Notes: generated from the letters alone by a model not told the origin. A stretch of 64,000 nt of DNA from Desulfobacterales bacterium (GCA_040771865.1 JAXGZF010000007.1:186001-250000), one strand, 5' to 3'; positions 8,234 to 18,547 are shown, counted from the first letter of the stretch. Made by a program: numbers and translations.

Positions 8234-9220
8234 TCAACTTACCTCATTCCGAACGTTCGAACTTTCTATGGAATCAATGCGTTTTACATAAGACTCCCAG
8301 AAATGAACCGGTCCCGGAACCCGTTGGGCTCTTTGGTGCAGCCAGCCCAATGTGAGTACGAGCAGCATCAAAAAAGCATGAAACGAAAACAGAAAAAAAA
8401 GCGCTGCCAACACTGTTGGGGACACTCCTTGAAGATCGAATACAAAGACCGGGCCAGCCGCAGCGCTCAATGCCCACAGCAATGCGCTCATCACGCACCC
8501 AATGGATGCAGCAATCATCAGGCGCACCATGATCACATCCTTGAATACCGATATCGTACTCAGTCCGTGAAGAACAAGTGCCGTAAAGTTCATTTTGGAA
8601 AATCCGGTTAAACGGTTAGCACGATGCGTCGGTATTCTGACCACGGGCAATCCCGATTTTTTTATGCAGCCGGAAAGGCTGTTCCATAGGTCCGGAAAGC
8701 AGACCAGTCGATCCAGCTGGCAGTCGGGTATGTGGCAAAAATTGCCGAAGCGGATTATCATTCCCGTGAGCATAAAAAACAGGAAGCAATAGAACTGGTA
8801 ACAGAGACGAAATGTCAAGCCCTCAGACCGGCTGACTCTGTCTGCCGTGATAATAACCCCGGCGCGGCTTCGGCCAGCGGCATAAAGATCGTTGAGTTCA
8901 TCAGGAGAATCCTCGCCGTCGCTGTCCATGACAAAAACCGATGAAAAACACTGTCTGCTCTGGGCATAGGCCAAACCAACGGCTATGGCGCGCTGATGCC
9001 CCTGATTGCATACCAGATGGATGATCTGCAATTCCTGGATATGCATGCGGTCACCCATGATTTCTTCGGGTTCCGGTATCGTTTCCTGTGAACCGTCGTC
9101 CACCAACACAAGGCTGACCTGACTATTCCACCGGGCAATCACCTGGTCGATTCTCGGAACAAGCACGGCGGCGGACCGCCAATCGTTGTATATGGGCATG
9201 ATAATGCAAAGTTTTTCCAT
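8234..9220 (-). CDS. GT2 polyprenol-phosphate glycosyltransferase (GtrB/ArnC-like); C-terminus altered by IS3
   Basis: IMPIYND, VDDGS, NQGHQRAI and MDSDGED motifs, two C-terminal TM helices. The stop codon lies inside the IS3 IR. Confidence 0.9.
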   Translation of the reverse strand: MEKLCIIMPIYNDWRSAAVLVPRIDQVIARWNSQVSLVLVDDGSQETIPEPEEIMGDRMHIQELQIIHLVCNQGHQRAIAVGLAYAQSRQCFSSVFVMDSDGEDSPDELNDLYAAGRSRAGVIITADRVSRSEGLTFRLCYQFYCFLFFMLTGMIIRFGNFCHIPDCQLDRLVCFPDLWNSLSGCIKKSGLPVVRIPTHRANRLTGFSKMNFTALVLHGLSTISVFKDVIMVRLMIAASIGCVMSALLWALSAAAGPVFVFDLQGVSPTVLAALFFLFSFHAFLMLLVLTLGWLHQRAQRVPGPVHFWESYVKRIDSIESSNVRNEVS

Positions 9221-9250
9221 ATATGCCTTTTCCTCGCAATTCCGGTCTTC

Positions 9251-10735
9251 TCAATTTCCGGGCGGCAAAATCAGCATCCAGAACTCGAGAGGTGCCAGAT
9301 CGCCTCTGCAGGCCGGAGCAAGCTTGATCGATCCTTTGTCGATCACAACGTCCGGATTGAACGGTACCATCTTATATGCATCTTCCCGGCTGCGTCCGAT
9401 AATCACGGCGCCTTTTTTTTGAATATCTGAGGGCGAAATCCAGGGCGCCTTTTTCGGATCTGCGCCAATAAACACCGATGCCCGGTGCGGCGCATAATAA
9501 GCGATATTCCCCGCAATCCAATAAGATCCGACTATAATCTCCGGAGGTTGTTCATAATGTTCATGCCATTTTTCGGTTACACTCATGGCAAGAGCCTGGC
9601 CTGGAAAGTGAATGCGTTTGGCGCGATGGGTAAAAGAAGGGCCGATTTCAGACAGCCCCCAGTACACCATAAGGGAGAGAAAAAAGAAAACGCCAAACAC
9701 CATGGCGAAACTCCGCAGCCGGATCGTAGACAGCCTGTTTCTCAATAAATAGACCAAGGCGATACCGGAAATTAAAAAAAGAGGCGTTGCCCACATGGAA
9801 CGAATTTTCCAACCAAAAACCGCCGATACCGCAGCCATGAAAAGGGGCGGACCCAGACTGACAAACAAAAGAAAAACACCGGCCTCGTCCGATGAATGGA
9901 CCTTCTCTGCAGGGTCGTGGCGTTCCTTCCGCAAGGTCCACAGCATGATCAGCGGCGGAACGAGAATCAGCGCCTGAGTGACCAGAAAACGGAACGGGTA
10001 GAAAATATGGTTTAAGATGGAACGGGAGCCCGGGTCGGCCATTTCCATCGCGTATGCAATCGTGGGGAAGTTATTCTGAACTGACCAATACAGATGCGGC
10101 GAGGCAACAATTAGCGCAATCAGCGCTCCCAGCCAGGGACCGGGTGTTCTCAGCGCCGAGCGAAACGTTTTGACGGTAAAAAGCATGATAACGATAGACG
10201 CCGCCAGAAACAGGAAAACGTATTTGGACAAAAACCCCAAACCGATGCAGGCACCGGCCAGGGCCCAAGAGACAGTGGATCGGCGGGTCAGCCCATGCCA
10301 GGTTAAAAGAATGGTCATGGCCCAGAAAGGAAGTTGAGCCACATTTACATTAAACTCAGGGCTGGTGAAGTTGTGATAGTAAATGCCCTCAAGCAAAAGA
10401 ACGGAGATCAGCGCCAGCTTCGGACTGAAAAAATCCTTCGCCAGACGCCATATTGCCCAGAAAGCCGTCACGACACAGATTTGGCTCAACAGGTACATGG
10501 CCCAATCCCCCCGGCCTGATAAAATGGCGGTTATCTCAAGAAACCATGGTTTTATGGGAGGATGCTTGTAATAGCCGAACTGCCATTCATGGCCCCAAGC
10601 GAGCCCCTCGATTACATCAACGGGAAGATTCGGATTAACCAGGGCGGGCAGCAGGGTCCAGCAAGCGGCGTGGAATGTCAAAAACAGTAAGAAGATTGCT
10701 TCCGGTTTGTTTCTTATTAGCATCGCCGTCTTCAT
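9251..10735 (-). CDS. GT-C fold membrane glycosyltransferase (PMT_2/ArnT/RgtA-like)
   Basis: WGHEWQFGYYKHPP motif, multiple TM helices, LSKY motif. Start placed at MKTAML. Confidence 0.88.
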   Translation of the reverse strand: MKTAMLIRNKPEAIFLLFLTFHAACWTLLPALVNPNLPVDVIEGLAWGHEWQFGYYKHPPIKPWFLEITAILSGRGDWAMYLLSQICVVTAFWAIWRLAKDFFSPKLALISVLLLEGIYYHNFTSPEFNVNVAQLPFWAMTILLTWHGLTRRSTVSWALAGACIGLGFLSKYVFLFLAASIVIMLFTVKTFRSALRTPGPWLGALIALIVASPHLYWSVQNNFPTIAYAMEMADPGSRSILNHIFYPFRFLVTQALILVPPLIMLWTLRKERHDPAEKVHSSDEAGVFLLFVSLGPPLFMAAVSAVFGWKIRSMWATPLFLISGIALVYLLRNRLSTIRLRSFAMVFGVFFFLSLMVYWGLSEIGPSFTHRAKRIHFPGQALAMSVTEKWHEHYEQPPEIIVGSYWIAGNIAYYAPHRASVFIGADPKKAPWISPSDIQKKGAVIIGRSREDAYKMVPFNPDVVIDKGSIKLAPACRGDLAPLEFWMLILPPGN

Positions 10736-10868
10736 ATCGTCGGTTGTATGCGATTCGATCGGCAAAACAACTATTATTAAGTAAGTGCCTATATAAAGAA
10801 GGATTTCGTGTGTCAAGTCTAAATGATGGGGGGCTTGGAGACGTTGCGTAAACAAGGCTAATCTGTAA

Positions 10869-11084
10869 AAGTCAATAACCTTCCGGACAGTTCATCCTCT
10901 CGGGCTGCCGGAAATCGGCAACAATCTTGAAATCTTTCCCAAAAAATACATCATCCTTACCCACTGGGAGTCCAAAAAGGCTCATGAGGATTCTCACGCG
11001 CTGCTGGAATTTTTCGAACGTTACAACAGCGTGCCGAAATATTTGACGCAGATGCCGTACGAAGAATTCTACGATATTCTCAAG
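10869..11084 (+). pseudogene. 5'-truncated fragment of an ABM-like (dimeric alpha-beta barrel) protein
   Basis: Open frame without an upstream ATG: ...KYIILTHWESKKAHEDSH...MPYEEFYDILK, ending at the IS5 left end. Confidence 0.45.
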
Positions 11085-11619
11085 CAGCCGATCCTGAAAA
11101 GGATTTATCGTGTAGGAATCATTGACAAATATATCGTTTTGCGCTATGGAATTAGCAAGAAGCTGATAGGGTGCCCCTTAGTTTCCCGCGATTTTCGCTA
11201 TGAAACCCAAAAGAACGCCTCAAAAAGACCGGCAAAGGGATCTTTTCAGGCCGGAGCTTTCAACCATCATCGATCCCGGTCACGCACTCGTCAAGCTGGC
11301 GGGCGCGGTGGACTGGGATCGGCTGGACGAACTTTTCGGCAAAGCCTACAGTCCTGATGAGGGGCGCCCCGGCATCAACACCCGTTTGATGGTTTCCCTT
11401 CACTATCTGAAGTACGCCCACGATCTCAGCGATGAGGATGTAGTGGTCCGGTGGGTGGAAAATCCCTACTGGCAGTATCTGAGCGGCATGAAGTACTTTG
11501 AGCATGAACCGCCGATCAATCCTTCCAGCATGAGCCGGTGGCGGACTCGAATCGGCGAGCCCGGCGCCGAAACTCTCGTAAAGGAGACTCAGGCAATCGG
11601 GGCACTGGTAAAAAAGTAG
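11085..11619 (+). mobile_element. truncated IS5-family element (left end plus 139-aa transposase fragment 11200-11619)
   Basis: CAGCCGATCCTGAAAA end. DLFRPEL...LVKLAGAVDW...GRPGINTRLMVSLHYLKY..LSDEDVV..WVENPYWQY (DUF772 region); no DDE domain. Confidence 0.85.
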
Positions 11620-11657
11620 CTGATTATTTGTGTGAATGACTACAGTTGGATCAGCCG

Positions 11658-12620
11658 CTAATGCCTGATTTCAATTTCCGGGCTTTCGATTTGCACGGGC
11701 ATGCCTGTCCACTCAACCCCGCAGAAACCGGCCCGGATGGCATAGCGGCCCGGAGTTAGTGTTTTCGGCAATCTCCATCGAATGGCGGCCATCTGTTCAA
11801 TATTGTCGAACTGTATGCAAGAATCTTTTTCGGGTAGGGCAAAATGGGGTTTAAAGTTCAGAATCGTATTGCCTGCACTGTTTCCATCCTGTCGAACCAG
11901 GGAGAATTCAGGAATCACCCCGATGGGAAAGGCCGTCATCCGTATGAACCTGAGCATAACCGTCATCCCCGGCTGGTAGACATCATAATCCGTCACCAGC
12001 CCGATGAGCTTGTTGTCATCCGAAATACCCGTGCCCACGCCCGATGTGTTTTCATCCCATGATCGCGCCGGCCCCACATCCAGATGCACCGTTTTTCCGT
12101 GATAATATCCCGCCCCGCCGAACCCCAGCGCCTTGACGGCGTCCCAAAGTGTTTCCGGGTGAACGCCCTCCATGATCAGATCCGCAGCCATTCCGTACTG
12201 ATGAAGGCTGGCTTTGGCGGCAAGCCCTCCCCTGTTGCGCAGACCGGTGTTATATTCTGGATTCCGATATCCGGAAGTGATGGTGACCAGGGCATCCGGT
12301 TTAAGGCGATCCTGTAAAAAATCGATAAATTCAAGCAGCCGCAGGGAAAGGTGGATATTGGGCGTATGATCCGGGGCGTCGAAAACCCGGCAAATCTTTC
12401 CAAGGGCCGATTCATCATAGTTTCCCGGTCCCAGGCGGTATATTCCGGAAAAGGACTTCCCGTTTTTTTCACTGTACAGGCGGAGGCGTCCATCGCCGCT
12501 GTAAAAATATCGGTTCATATCCAAGGCATCTGCCCGGGCAAACATGGCGGGCGTCAAAAAGCTGATCCAAAGCAAGGTGAACACAGAATAAGTCAACGAT
12601 TGAATTCGAAAACTGCGCAT
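11658..12620 (-). CDS. YcbK/DUF882 peptidase M15A-family protein with C-terminal extension
   Basis: Signal-like N-terminus; ITSGYR, SLH..GMAAD and GYY...VHLDVG zinc-peptidase motifs. Confidence 0.85.
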   Translation of the reverse strand: MRSFRIQSLTYSVFTLLWISFLTPAMFARADALDMNRYFYSGDGRLRLYSEKNGKSFSGIYRLGPGNYDESALGKICRVFDAPDHTPNIHLSLRLLEFIDFLQDRLKPDALVTITSGYRNPEYNTGLRNRGGLAAKASLHQYGMAADLIMEGVHPETLWDAVKALGFGGAGYYHGKTVHLDVGPARSWDENTSGVGTGISDDNKLIGLVTDYDVYQPGMTVMLRFIRMTAFPIGVIPEFSLVRQDGNSAGNTILNFKPHFALPEKDSCIQFDNIEQMAAIRWRLPKTLTPGRYAIRAGFCGVEWTGMPVQIESPEIEIRH

Positions 12621-12971
12621 ATTTTGATTGATACCATTTTTCTGACCGTTTTCCAGCGATATTTTTTTTCCTTGTTTATATCTGCGTCACACGAAGCTTG
12701 ACAGAATTCACGCGCTAGGGACTTAAACCTCATAAGTTCCTCACCCATACCGGCGGACACCACCCGCTGGCGGCGATCTCGTTTCCTTCGACCATAATTT
12801 GATTTTTCGAGCCATATATGCTATGTTTTGATTTTAATGGATATTTTAATCCATACTTCTGAAGATGAGCCAAAATGGCCATTCTTGGTTCGGATCGACC
12901 AATATATATTTAATAATCAAGAAGTTGATCACATTGTCGTACAAGATTCTTTCCGAACGTACATTAATTTT

Positions 12972-13889
12972 ATGACGGAGAGATCTTTGATTCTTTCAGT
13001 AGGCGAAATTCTTTTCGATGTGTTTCCGGAGTACAAACGTCCCGGAGGAGCGCCTTTTAATTTCTTTTACCACATCTTCCGGCTGGGTCTGAACGCGGTC
13101 TTTCTGAGCCGGATCGGCGCGGATGAAAACGGCGCCGAACTTTTGGATTTTCTTTCCAAAAGACAGGTTTCAACCGAGTATATTCAGACAGATCCGGACC
13201 GCCCTACCGGCTGGGTTCAGGTCGAACTGAATTCTAACGGGATTCCGGATTTTACGATCATTCAAAACGTTGCTTATGATTATCTGCGATACGATTCCGC
13301 AATCGACGCGCTGCTGCCTGAAATCGATCTGGTTTATTTTGGAACCCTGATTCAGCGGGCCGGCGGCGCTGCAACGATCCGGGAAATTCTGGAACGCAAA
13401 CCCGCTTCCGCCCGCTCCCTTTACGACATGAATCTTCGGCCCGACTGCTTCAGTCCCGACATTATCCATCAATCCCTTCAAGTCTGCGACATTCTCAAGG
13501 TCAACGAAGACGAACTGGCATTTGCCATGGAAATGTATTCGCTGTCCGGCCCGGACGATTTGGGGGTGGATTTTCTCATGCATCATTTCGGCATTCAATG
13601 GGTCTGCGTCACTCGGGGAGATAATGGCAGCACACTTTTCACGCCAAACGGCAGATGGGACGCGCCGGCAGATGAAGACCCGCAGCCCATAGACACCGTT
13701 GGCGCGGGCGACGCCTATGCATCGATGCTGGCAGTCGGCTATCTTCTGAACTGGCGACCGGAAACCGTTGTTCGACGCGCGTCCGAACTGGCTGGCGCCA
13801 TATGTCGGACTTTCGGCGCCATTCCCGAAAACAGCGCTTTTTACAACCCCTATCTAAAATGGATCGCGGAGGAACCTGATGGAAAATAG
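12972..13889 (+). CDS. PfkB-family fructokinase
   Basis: VGEILFD, PGGAPFN, DMNLRP and DTVGAGDA motifs; overlaps the sps start. Confidence 0.9.
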   Translation: MTERSLILSVGEILFDVFPEYKRPGGAPFNFFYHIFRLGLNAVFLSRIGADENGAELLDFLSKRQVSTEYIQTDPDRPTGWVQVELNSNGIPDFTIIQNVAYDYLRYDSAIDALLPEIDLVYFGTLIQRAGGAATIREILERKPASARSLYDMNLRPDCFSPDIIHQSLQVCDILKVNEDELAFAMEMYSLSGPDDLGVDFLMHHFGIQWVCVTRGDNGSTLFTPNGRWDAPADEDPQPIDTVGAGDAYASMLAVGYLLNWRPETVVRRASELAGAICRTFGAIPENSAFYNPYLKWIAEEPDGK

Positions 13890-16071
13890 GCTCTATATCC
13901 AGGTATTCAGCGTTCACGGTCTTTTACGCTACCAGGGGATGGAACTTGGAAAGGATGCGGACACCGGCGGGCAGATCAAATACGTTATAGAAATGGCCGA
14001 AGCGTTGAGCCGGCAAAAGGAAGTCGGGCAAGTGGATCTGTTTACCCGGCTTGTGGCAGACAAGCGCGTTTCACAGGACTATGCCGTAGCCGTGGAGCCG
14101 ATCTCCGACAAGTTCCGCATTGTCCGAATTCAATGCGGCGGCAGACAATACATTCGCAAAGAGCTGCTCTGGCCGCACCTGGACGAGTTCATCGACAAGA
14201 CCATCAAATTCATGAAAAAGGAAAAAACCTATCCGGACCTCGTCCACGGCCATTACGCCGACGCCGGTTACATCTGCATGCAGCTTTCCGAATACTTCGG
14301 CGTTCCCTTTGTTTTCACCGGCCATTCCCTGGGAAAGCCCAAGGAGCAGAAGCTGCTTTCAGATGGCATGAGCCCGGCCGATATTGATAAGCGATACCAT
14401 ATTCAGGAGCGAATATTTCATGAGGAAGAAATCATCAAGCATGCCGACATGATCGTCACCAGCACCGGGCAGGAGATCGAAAAACAATACGGCATGTACG
14501 CCAACCGGAACCTGGCCCGCTACGAAGTCATTCCACCAGGAATCGATCTGGACAGATTCTATCCCTTTTATCACGACATGATGCCTGAAATTCCGACCGG
14601 CGAGGCCAAAATTCGGGCCCGGGCCTCAATCATGGAAGAGCTCAACCGTTTTTTCCTCCATCCGGACAAGCCTTTGATTCTGAGCATCTGCCGGCCGGAT
14701 AAAAAGAAAAACATCGCAGGGCTGATCGAAGCCTACGGCCGGGATCTCGAGCTTCAGGCCATGGCCAATCTGGCGATATTTGCCGGTCTACGCAAAAACA
14801 TCTCTGAAATGCAGGAAAACGAAAAGGCCGTACTGACCGAGATGCTGCTTCTCATGGACAAGCACGACCTGTACGGAAAGATGGCGATTCCCAAAAAGCA
14901 CGATTTCACCTACGAGGTTCCGGAACTGTATCGAATCGCCGCAAGAAAAAAAGGCGTATTCGTAAACGTTGCCATGACCGAGCCTTTCGGCCTGACGCTG
15001 ATCGAGGCATCGGCAAGCGGCGTTCCAATCGTGGCCACCCATGACGGCGGTCCCCGGGACATTCTGAAAAACTGCCGCAACGGCATTCTGGTGGATCCAA
15101 CCGACTGCACGGTCATCAGCCGGGCGATTCGAACCATTCTTTCGAACAACGAGAAATGGAAGCAGTTTTCCGTCAATGGCATCAACTGCGTGAAAACCAT
15201 TTACGCCTGGAACAAGCACTGCCGCACTTATCTTAAAAAAATCCGGCCGCACCTCAGCGGCGCCGGAACGGACGGATTTAAAAGATCCGCACAGAACCCG
15301 GTCGGCAATCGCCTCGCCCGCTTAAAACGCCTTCTGGTCACAGACATCGACAACACCCTGATAGGAGATCAAAACGCCCTGGAACGGTTCATGGAATTCA
15401 TGAAATCCAATATCGACCAGGTCGGCTTTGCCGTCGCCACCGGAAGAACCGTGGATTCCGCACTCAGAGTTCTGGAACAACACGGGGTTTTTCTTCCCGA
15501 CATCGTCATCTCTTCCGTGGGCGCGGAAATTTATTATGCTGGAAAGTCATTTGCCGACCGGGGCTGGCAGACCCATATTGCCAAAAACTGGAATCGGAAG
15601 AAAATCAAAAGTATATTGGATGCGCTGGACTTTTTGACCTATCAGGAAGCAGACACACAGCGGGAATTTAAGATCAGCTATTATATGGATGCAGGAAAAG
15701 ACCGCCTGGCTCAAATCCACGATCTGATGACCCGCAACCGTTGCTATTATAACCTGATTTACTCCCATGGACAGTTTCTCGACATCCTGCCCCACCGTGC
15801 ATCCAAAGGAAAGGCAATACGATATCTGAGCTACAAATGGAGCATTGATCTGAACAACATTCTGGTATGCGGGGATTCAGGCAACGATACGGAAATGCTC
15901 AGCGGCGGTACGCTGGGCGTGATTGTCGCCAACTACGCCGAAGAACTCGAAGCGCTGCGCGGGCGAAGAAGCATCTACTTCTCGCCTCGGGCCTATGCAG
16001 ACGGCATTCTGGACGGAATACAGAAATACCGAATAATGGAAAGCAGGAACCGGTCATTCGAACAGGACTGA
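13879..16071 (+). CDS. sps: sucrose-phosphate synthase fused to HAD sucrose-phosphate phosphatase
   Basis: LGKDADTGGQIKYV, HGHYADAG and EPFGLTLIEA in the synthase part; HAD motifs TDIDNTL and GDSGND. Confidence 0.95.
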   Translation: MENRLYIQVFSVHGLLRYQGMELGKDADTGGQIKYVIEMAEALSRQKEVGQVDLFTRLVADKRVSQDYAVAVEPISDKFRIVRIQCGGRQYIRKELLWPHLDEFIDKTIKFMKKEKTYPDLVHGHYADAGYICMQLSEYFGVPFVFTGHSLGKPKEQKLLSDGMSPADIDKRYHIQERIFHEEEIIKHADMIVTSTGQEIEKQYGMYANRNLARYEVIPPGIDLDRFYPFYHDMMPEIPTGEAKIRARASIMEELNRFFLHPDKPLILSICRPDKKKNIAGLIEAYGRDLELQAMANLAIFAGLRKNISEMQENEKAVLTEMLLLMDKHDLYGKMAIPKKHDFTYEVPELYRIAARKKGVFVNVAMTEPFGLTLIEASASGVPIVATHDGGPRDILKNCRNGILVDPTDCTVISRAIRTILSNNEKWKQFSVNGINCVKTIYAWNKHCRTYLKKIRPHLSGAGTDGFKRSAQNPVGNRLARLKRLLVTDIDNTLIGDQNALERFMEFMKSNIDQVGFAVATGRTVDSALRVLEQHGVFLPDIVISSVGAEIYYAGKSFADRGWQTHIAKNWNRKKIKSILDALDFLTYQEADTQREFKISYYMDAGKDRLAQIHDLMTRNRCYYNLIYSHGQFLDILPHRASKGKAIRYLSYKWSIDLNNILVCGDSGNDTEMLSGGTLGVIVANYAEELEALRGRRSIYFSPRAYADGILDGIQKYRIMESRNRSFEQD

Positions 16072-16129
16072 CCGTTCGAACCGAGTGTCGCTTTCTTGCT
16101 GAGAACCTCAGAACAAAAAGGCGTGATCA

Positions 16130-18547
16130 TTGGAAAATTTTTTGAACGACCTGATCGACCCCAAGGAACACAAGGATTTTAAAAATTTTGCATTTGCCCT
16201 TCGGACACTGAAAAACCAGTACCTGTTGCGAAACGATATCCTGCTGGAGTTTGATGCCTTTTGCCGGGAGCACAAAAAATCCCAATCATTCCGGCGGAAT
16301 TCATCGACAGCGAATTTTTTCAAAAAGGTTCCGGAGCTTCTGGTTACAGAAGACTCGTTTTTGATCGTTTTCCGGTACGCCATCGCCAAATATCGATTCT
16401 TTCGGCTGGACACAGATGCCGGTTACATGGAACCGCTTTCCGTGGAAGACTATCTGGCGGCCAAGGACCTTACCGCAGGCAAAAATATGGAAACCAGCGC
16501 CGGGCTTCAAATCGATTTCCTGCCATTTTACGATTATTTTCCCGAGATACGGGACAGCAAAACCCTTGGAAACGGCATTCGCTTTCTGAACAAACATCTC
16601 TCCAGCAGCCTGTTTCAAAACCCGGAAATATGGACCCGAAAGCTCTTTGAGTTTATCAAGCTTCACAAGCTCAACGGCCAGCCTCTGCTGATCAACGGGG
16701 ACATTTTGTTTCAAACCGAAGCGTTTTTAACCGAAATGAGAAAAGTGATCCGTCAACTCAAGCCTTTGGATCCGAAAACGCCGTACGCAAAACTCAAACC
16801 GGGTTTGAAAAAGCGCGGATTTGAAGCAGGCTGGGGCGTCGATGCGGGTCGAATGCTTGACACGCTTCAGCTCTTGAACGACCTTTTCAACGAACCCGAC
16901 GACGCCCTGCTGGAAGAATTCATCTCTCGCATTCCCATGATTCATAAGGTCGCCGTCATCTCTCCTCACGGCTGGTTCGGGCAGGAAAACGTGCTTGGTC
17001 GGCCTGATACCGGCGGTCAGGTGATCTACATTCTGGACCAGGTACGGGCACTGGAAAACCACCTGGCTGAGGTGCACAAGCTGGCCGGTGTCGAGACAAA
17101 CCCCATGATCCTTGTCGTCACAAGGCTGATTCCCGAAGCCGACGGCACCGCCTGCGACCAGAGTATGGAAAAAATATTCAAAACCCGAAACTGCTGGATC
17201 GCGAGAGTACCCTTTAGAGACCCGGAAGAGAAAATAGTCAGCAACTGGATTTCCCGTTTCAAGATATGGCCGTATCTGGACCGGTTCGCCCGTGACGCGC
17301 AAAGCCGTATTCTCAGTGAATTTCAGGGTAGGCCGGATCTGATTCTCGGCAACTATTCGGACGGCAACCTGGTGGCCGCCCTTCTATCCAGCCGGCTGAT
17401 GGTGATTCAATGCAGCATTGCCCATGCGCTTGAAAAAACCAAATATCTGTTTTCCGATCTTTACTGGGAAAGGATGGAAAAAGACTATCACTTTTCTCTG
17501 CAATTTACCGCTGACTTGATCGCGATGAACAAGTCCGACTTCATCATGACCAGCACCTACCAGGAAATCGCCGGAACCGAAACCGAAATCGGCCAGTACG
17601 AATCCTATCAGTTTTTCACGCTGCCGGACCTGTATCACGTCATAAACGGCGTGCACCTCTTCAGCCCGAGGTTCAACGTAGTGCCGCCGGGGGTGGATGA
17701 AACCAACTATTTTCCATTTTATCAGACCGCGACACGGGTTCCCGATAAAACCCGTCACTGGGAAGACCGCCTGTTTTCGAGTACGAATGACGATATTTTC
17801 GGTTTTCTGAAAGATCCTGAAAAACCGCCGATCTTTACAATGTCCCGCCTGGATCGCATCAAGAACCTTACCGGACTGGTAGAGGCATTCGGGCAGAACG
17901 AAACCCTGCGGAAAAACTGCAACCTGATTTTGGCCGGCGGAACCACAAGCCTTGAAAAATCGGCCGACGCCGAAGAACAGAATGTTATCCGCAAGATCCG
18001 CGCATTGGCTTTAAAGTACGAGCTTGACGGATCGATCCGCTGGCTGCCGAGCATCAACAAGCCGGACACCGGAGAAGTGTACCGGATTATGGCAGATCGA
18101 AGGGGCGTGTTTGTCCAGCCGGCGCTTTTTGAGGCCTTCGGACTGACGGTTCTGGAAGCAATGGCTTCGGGCCTGCCCACCTTCGCCACCCGCTTCGGAG
18201 GCCCGTCTGAAATCATCGAAGACGGCAAAAGCGGATTTCTGATCAATACCAGTCGGCCGCCTCTAATCGCCGAGGTGATTGAACAATTCATTGAGAGCTG
18301 CAAAAGCGACGAACTCCTCTGGCAAGCCATATCAGAAGGCGGCATTCAAAGGGTTCAGGAACGATTTACCTGGAAGATTCACTGCCAGCGCCTGCTCAGC
18401 CTGACAAAGCTTTACGGATTCTGGCGTTATTCGGTCTCAGGTCAAGCCCGCATCAAGATGGACTGCTACACGGATATGATGTATCATTTGCTGTTCAAAA
18501 ACCGTGCTGAACAGATTTTGCATGATTCCAGCAATAGAAGGAATTAA
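16130..18547 (+). CDS. sus: sucrose synthase
   Basis: SPHGWFGQENVLGRPDTGGQVIYILDQVRALE, GNYSDGNLVA, HALEKTKY and FEAFGLTV motifs; 805 aa. Confidence 0.96.
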   Translation: MENFLNDLIDPKEHKDFKNFAFALRTLKNQYLLRNDILLEFDAFCREHKKSQSFRRNSSTANFFKKVPELLVTEDSFLIVFRYAIAKYRFFRLDTDAGYMEPLSVEDYLAAKDLTAGKNMETSAGLQIDFLPFYDYFPEIRDSKTLGNGIRFLNKHLSSSLFQNPEIWTRKLFEFIKLHKLNGQPLLINGDILFQTEAFLTEMRKVIRQLKPLDPKTPYAKLKPGLKKRGFEAGWGVDAGRMLDTLQLLNDLFNEPDDALLEEFISRIPMIHKVAVISPHGWFGQENVLGRPDTGGQVIYILDQVRALENHLAEVHKLAGVETNPMILVVTRLIPEADGTACDQSMEKIFKTRNCWIARVPFRDPEEKIVSNWISRFKIWPYLDRFARDAQSRILSEFQGRPDLILGNYSDGNLVAALLSSRLMVIQCSIAHALEKTKYLFSDLYWERMEKDYHFSLQFTADLIAMNKSDFIMTSTYQEIAGTETEIGQYESYQFFTLPDLYHVINGVHLFSPRFNVVPPGVDETNYFPFYQTATRVPDKTRHWEDRLFSSTNDDIFGFLKDPEKPPIFTMSRLDRIKNLTGLVEAFGQNETLRKNCNLILAGGTTSLEKSADAEEQNVIRKIRALALKYELDGSIRWLPSINKPDTGEVYRIMADRRGVFVQPALFEAFGLTVLEAMASGLPTFATRFGGPSEIIEDGKSGFLINTSRPPLIAEVIEQFIESCKSDELLWQAISEGGIQRVQERFTWKIHCQRLLSLTKLYGFWRYSVSGQARIKMDCYTDMMYHLLFKNRAEQILHDSSNRRN

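Larger units (their letters stand above)
7378..8246 (-). mobile_element. IS3-family element, internally deleted (869 bp), 3-bp TTC target duplication
   Basis: Terminal IRs TGAGGTCGGTCGTCAATAGCGGACACCA and TGAGGTAAGTTGAAAAAACGGACACCA. TTC at 7375-7377 and 8247-8249. Confidence 0.92.
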
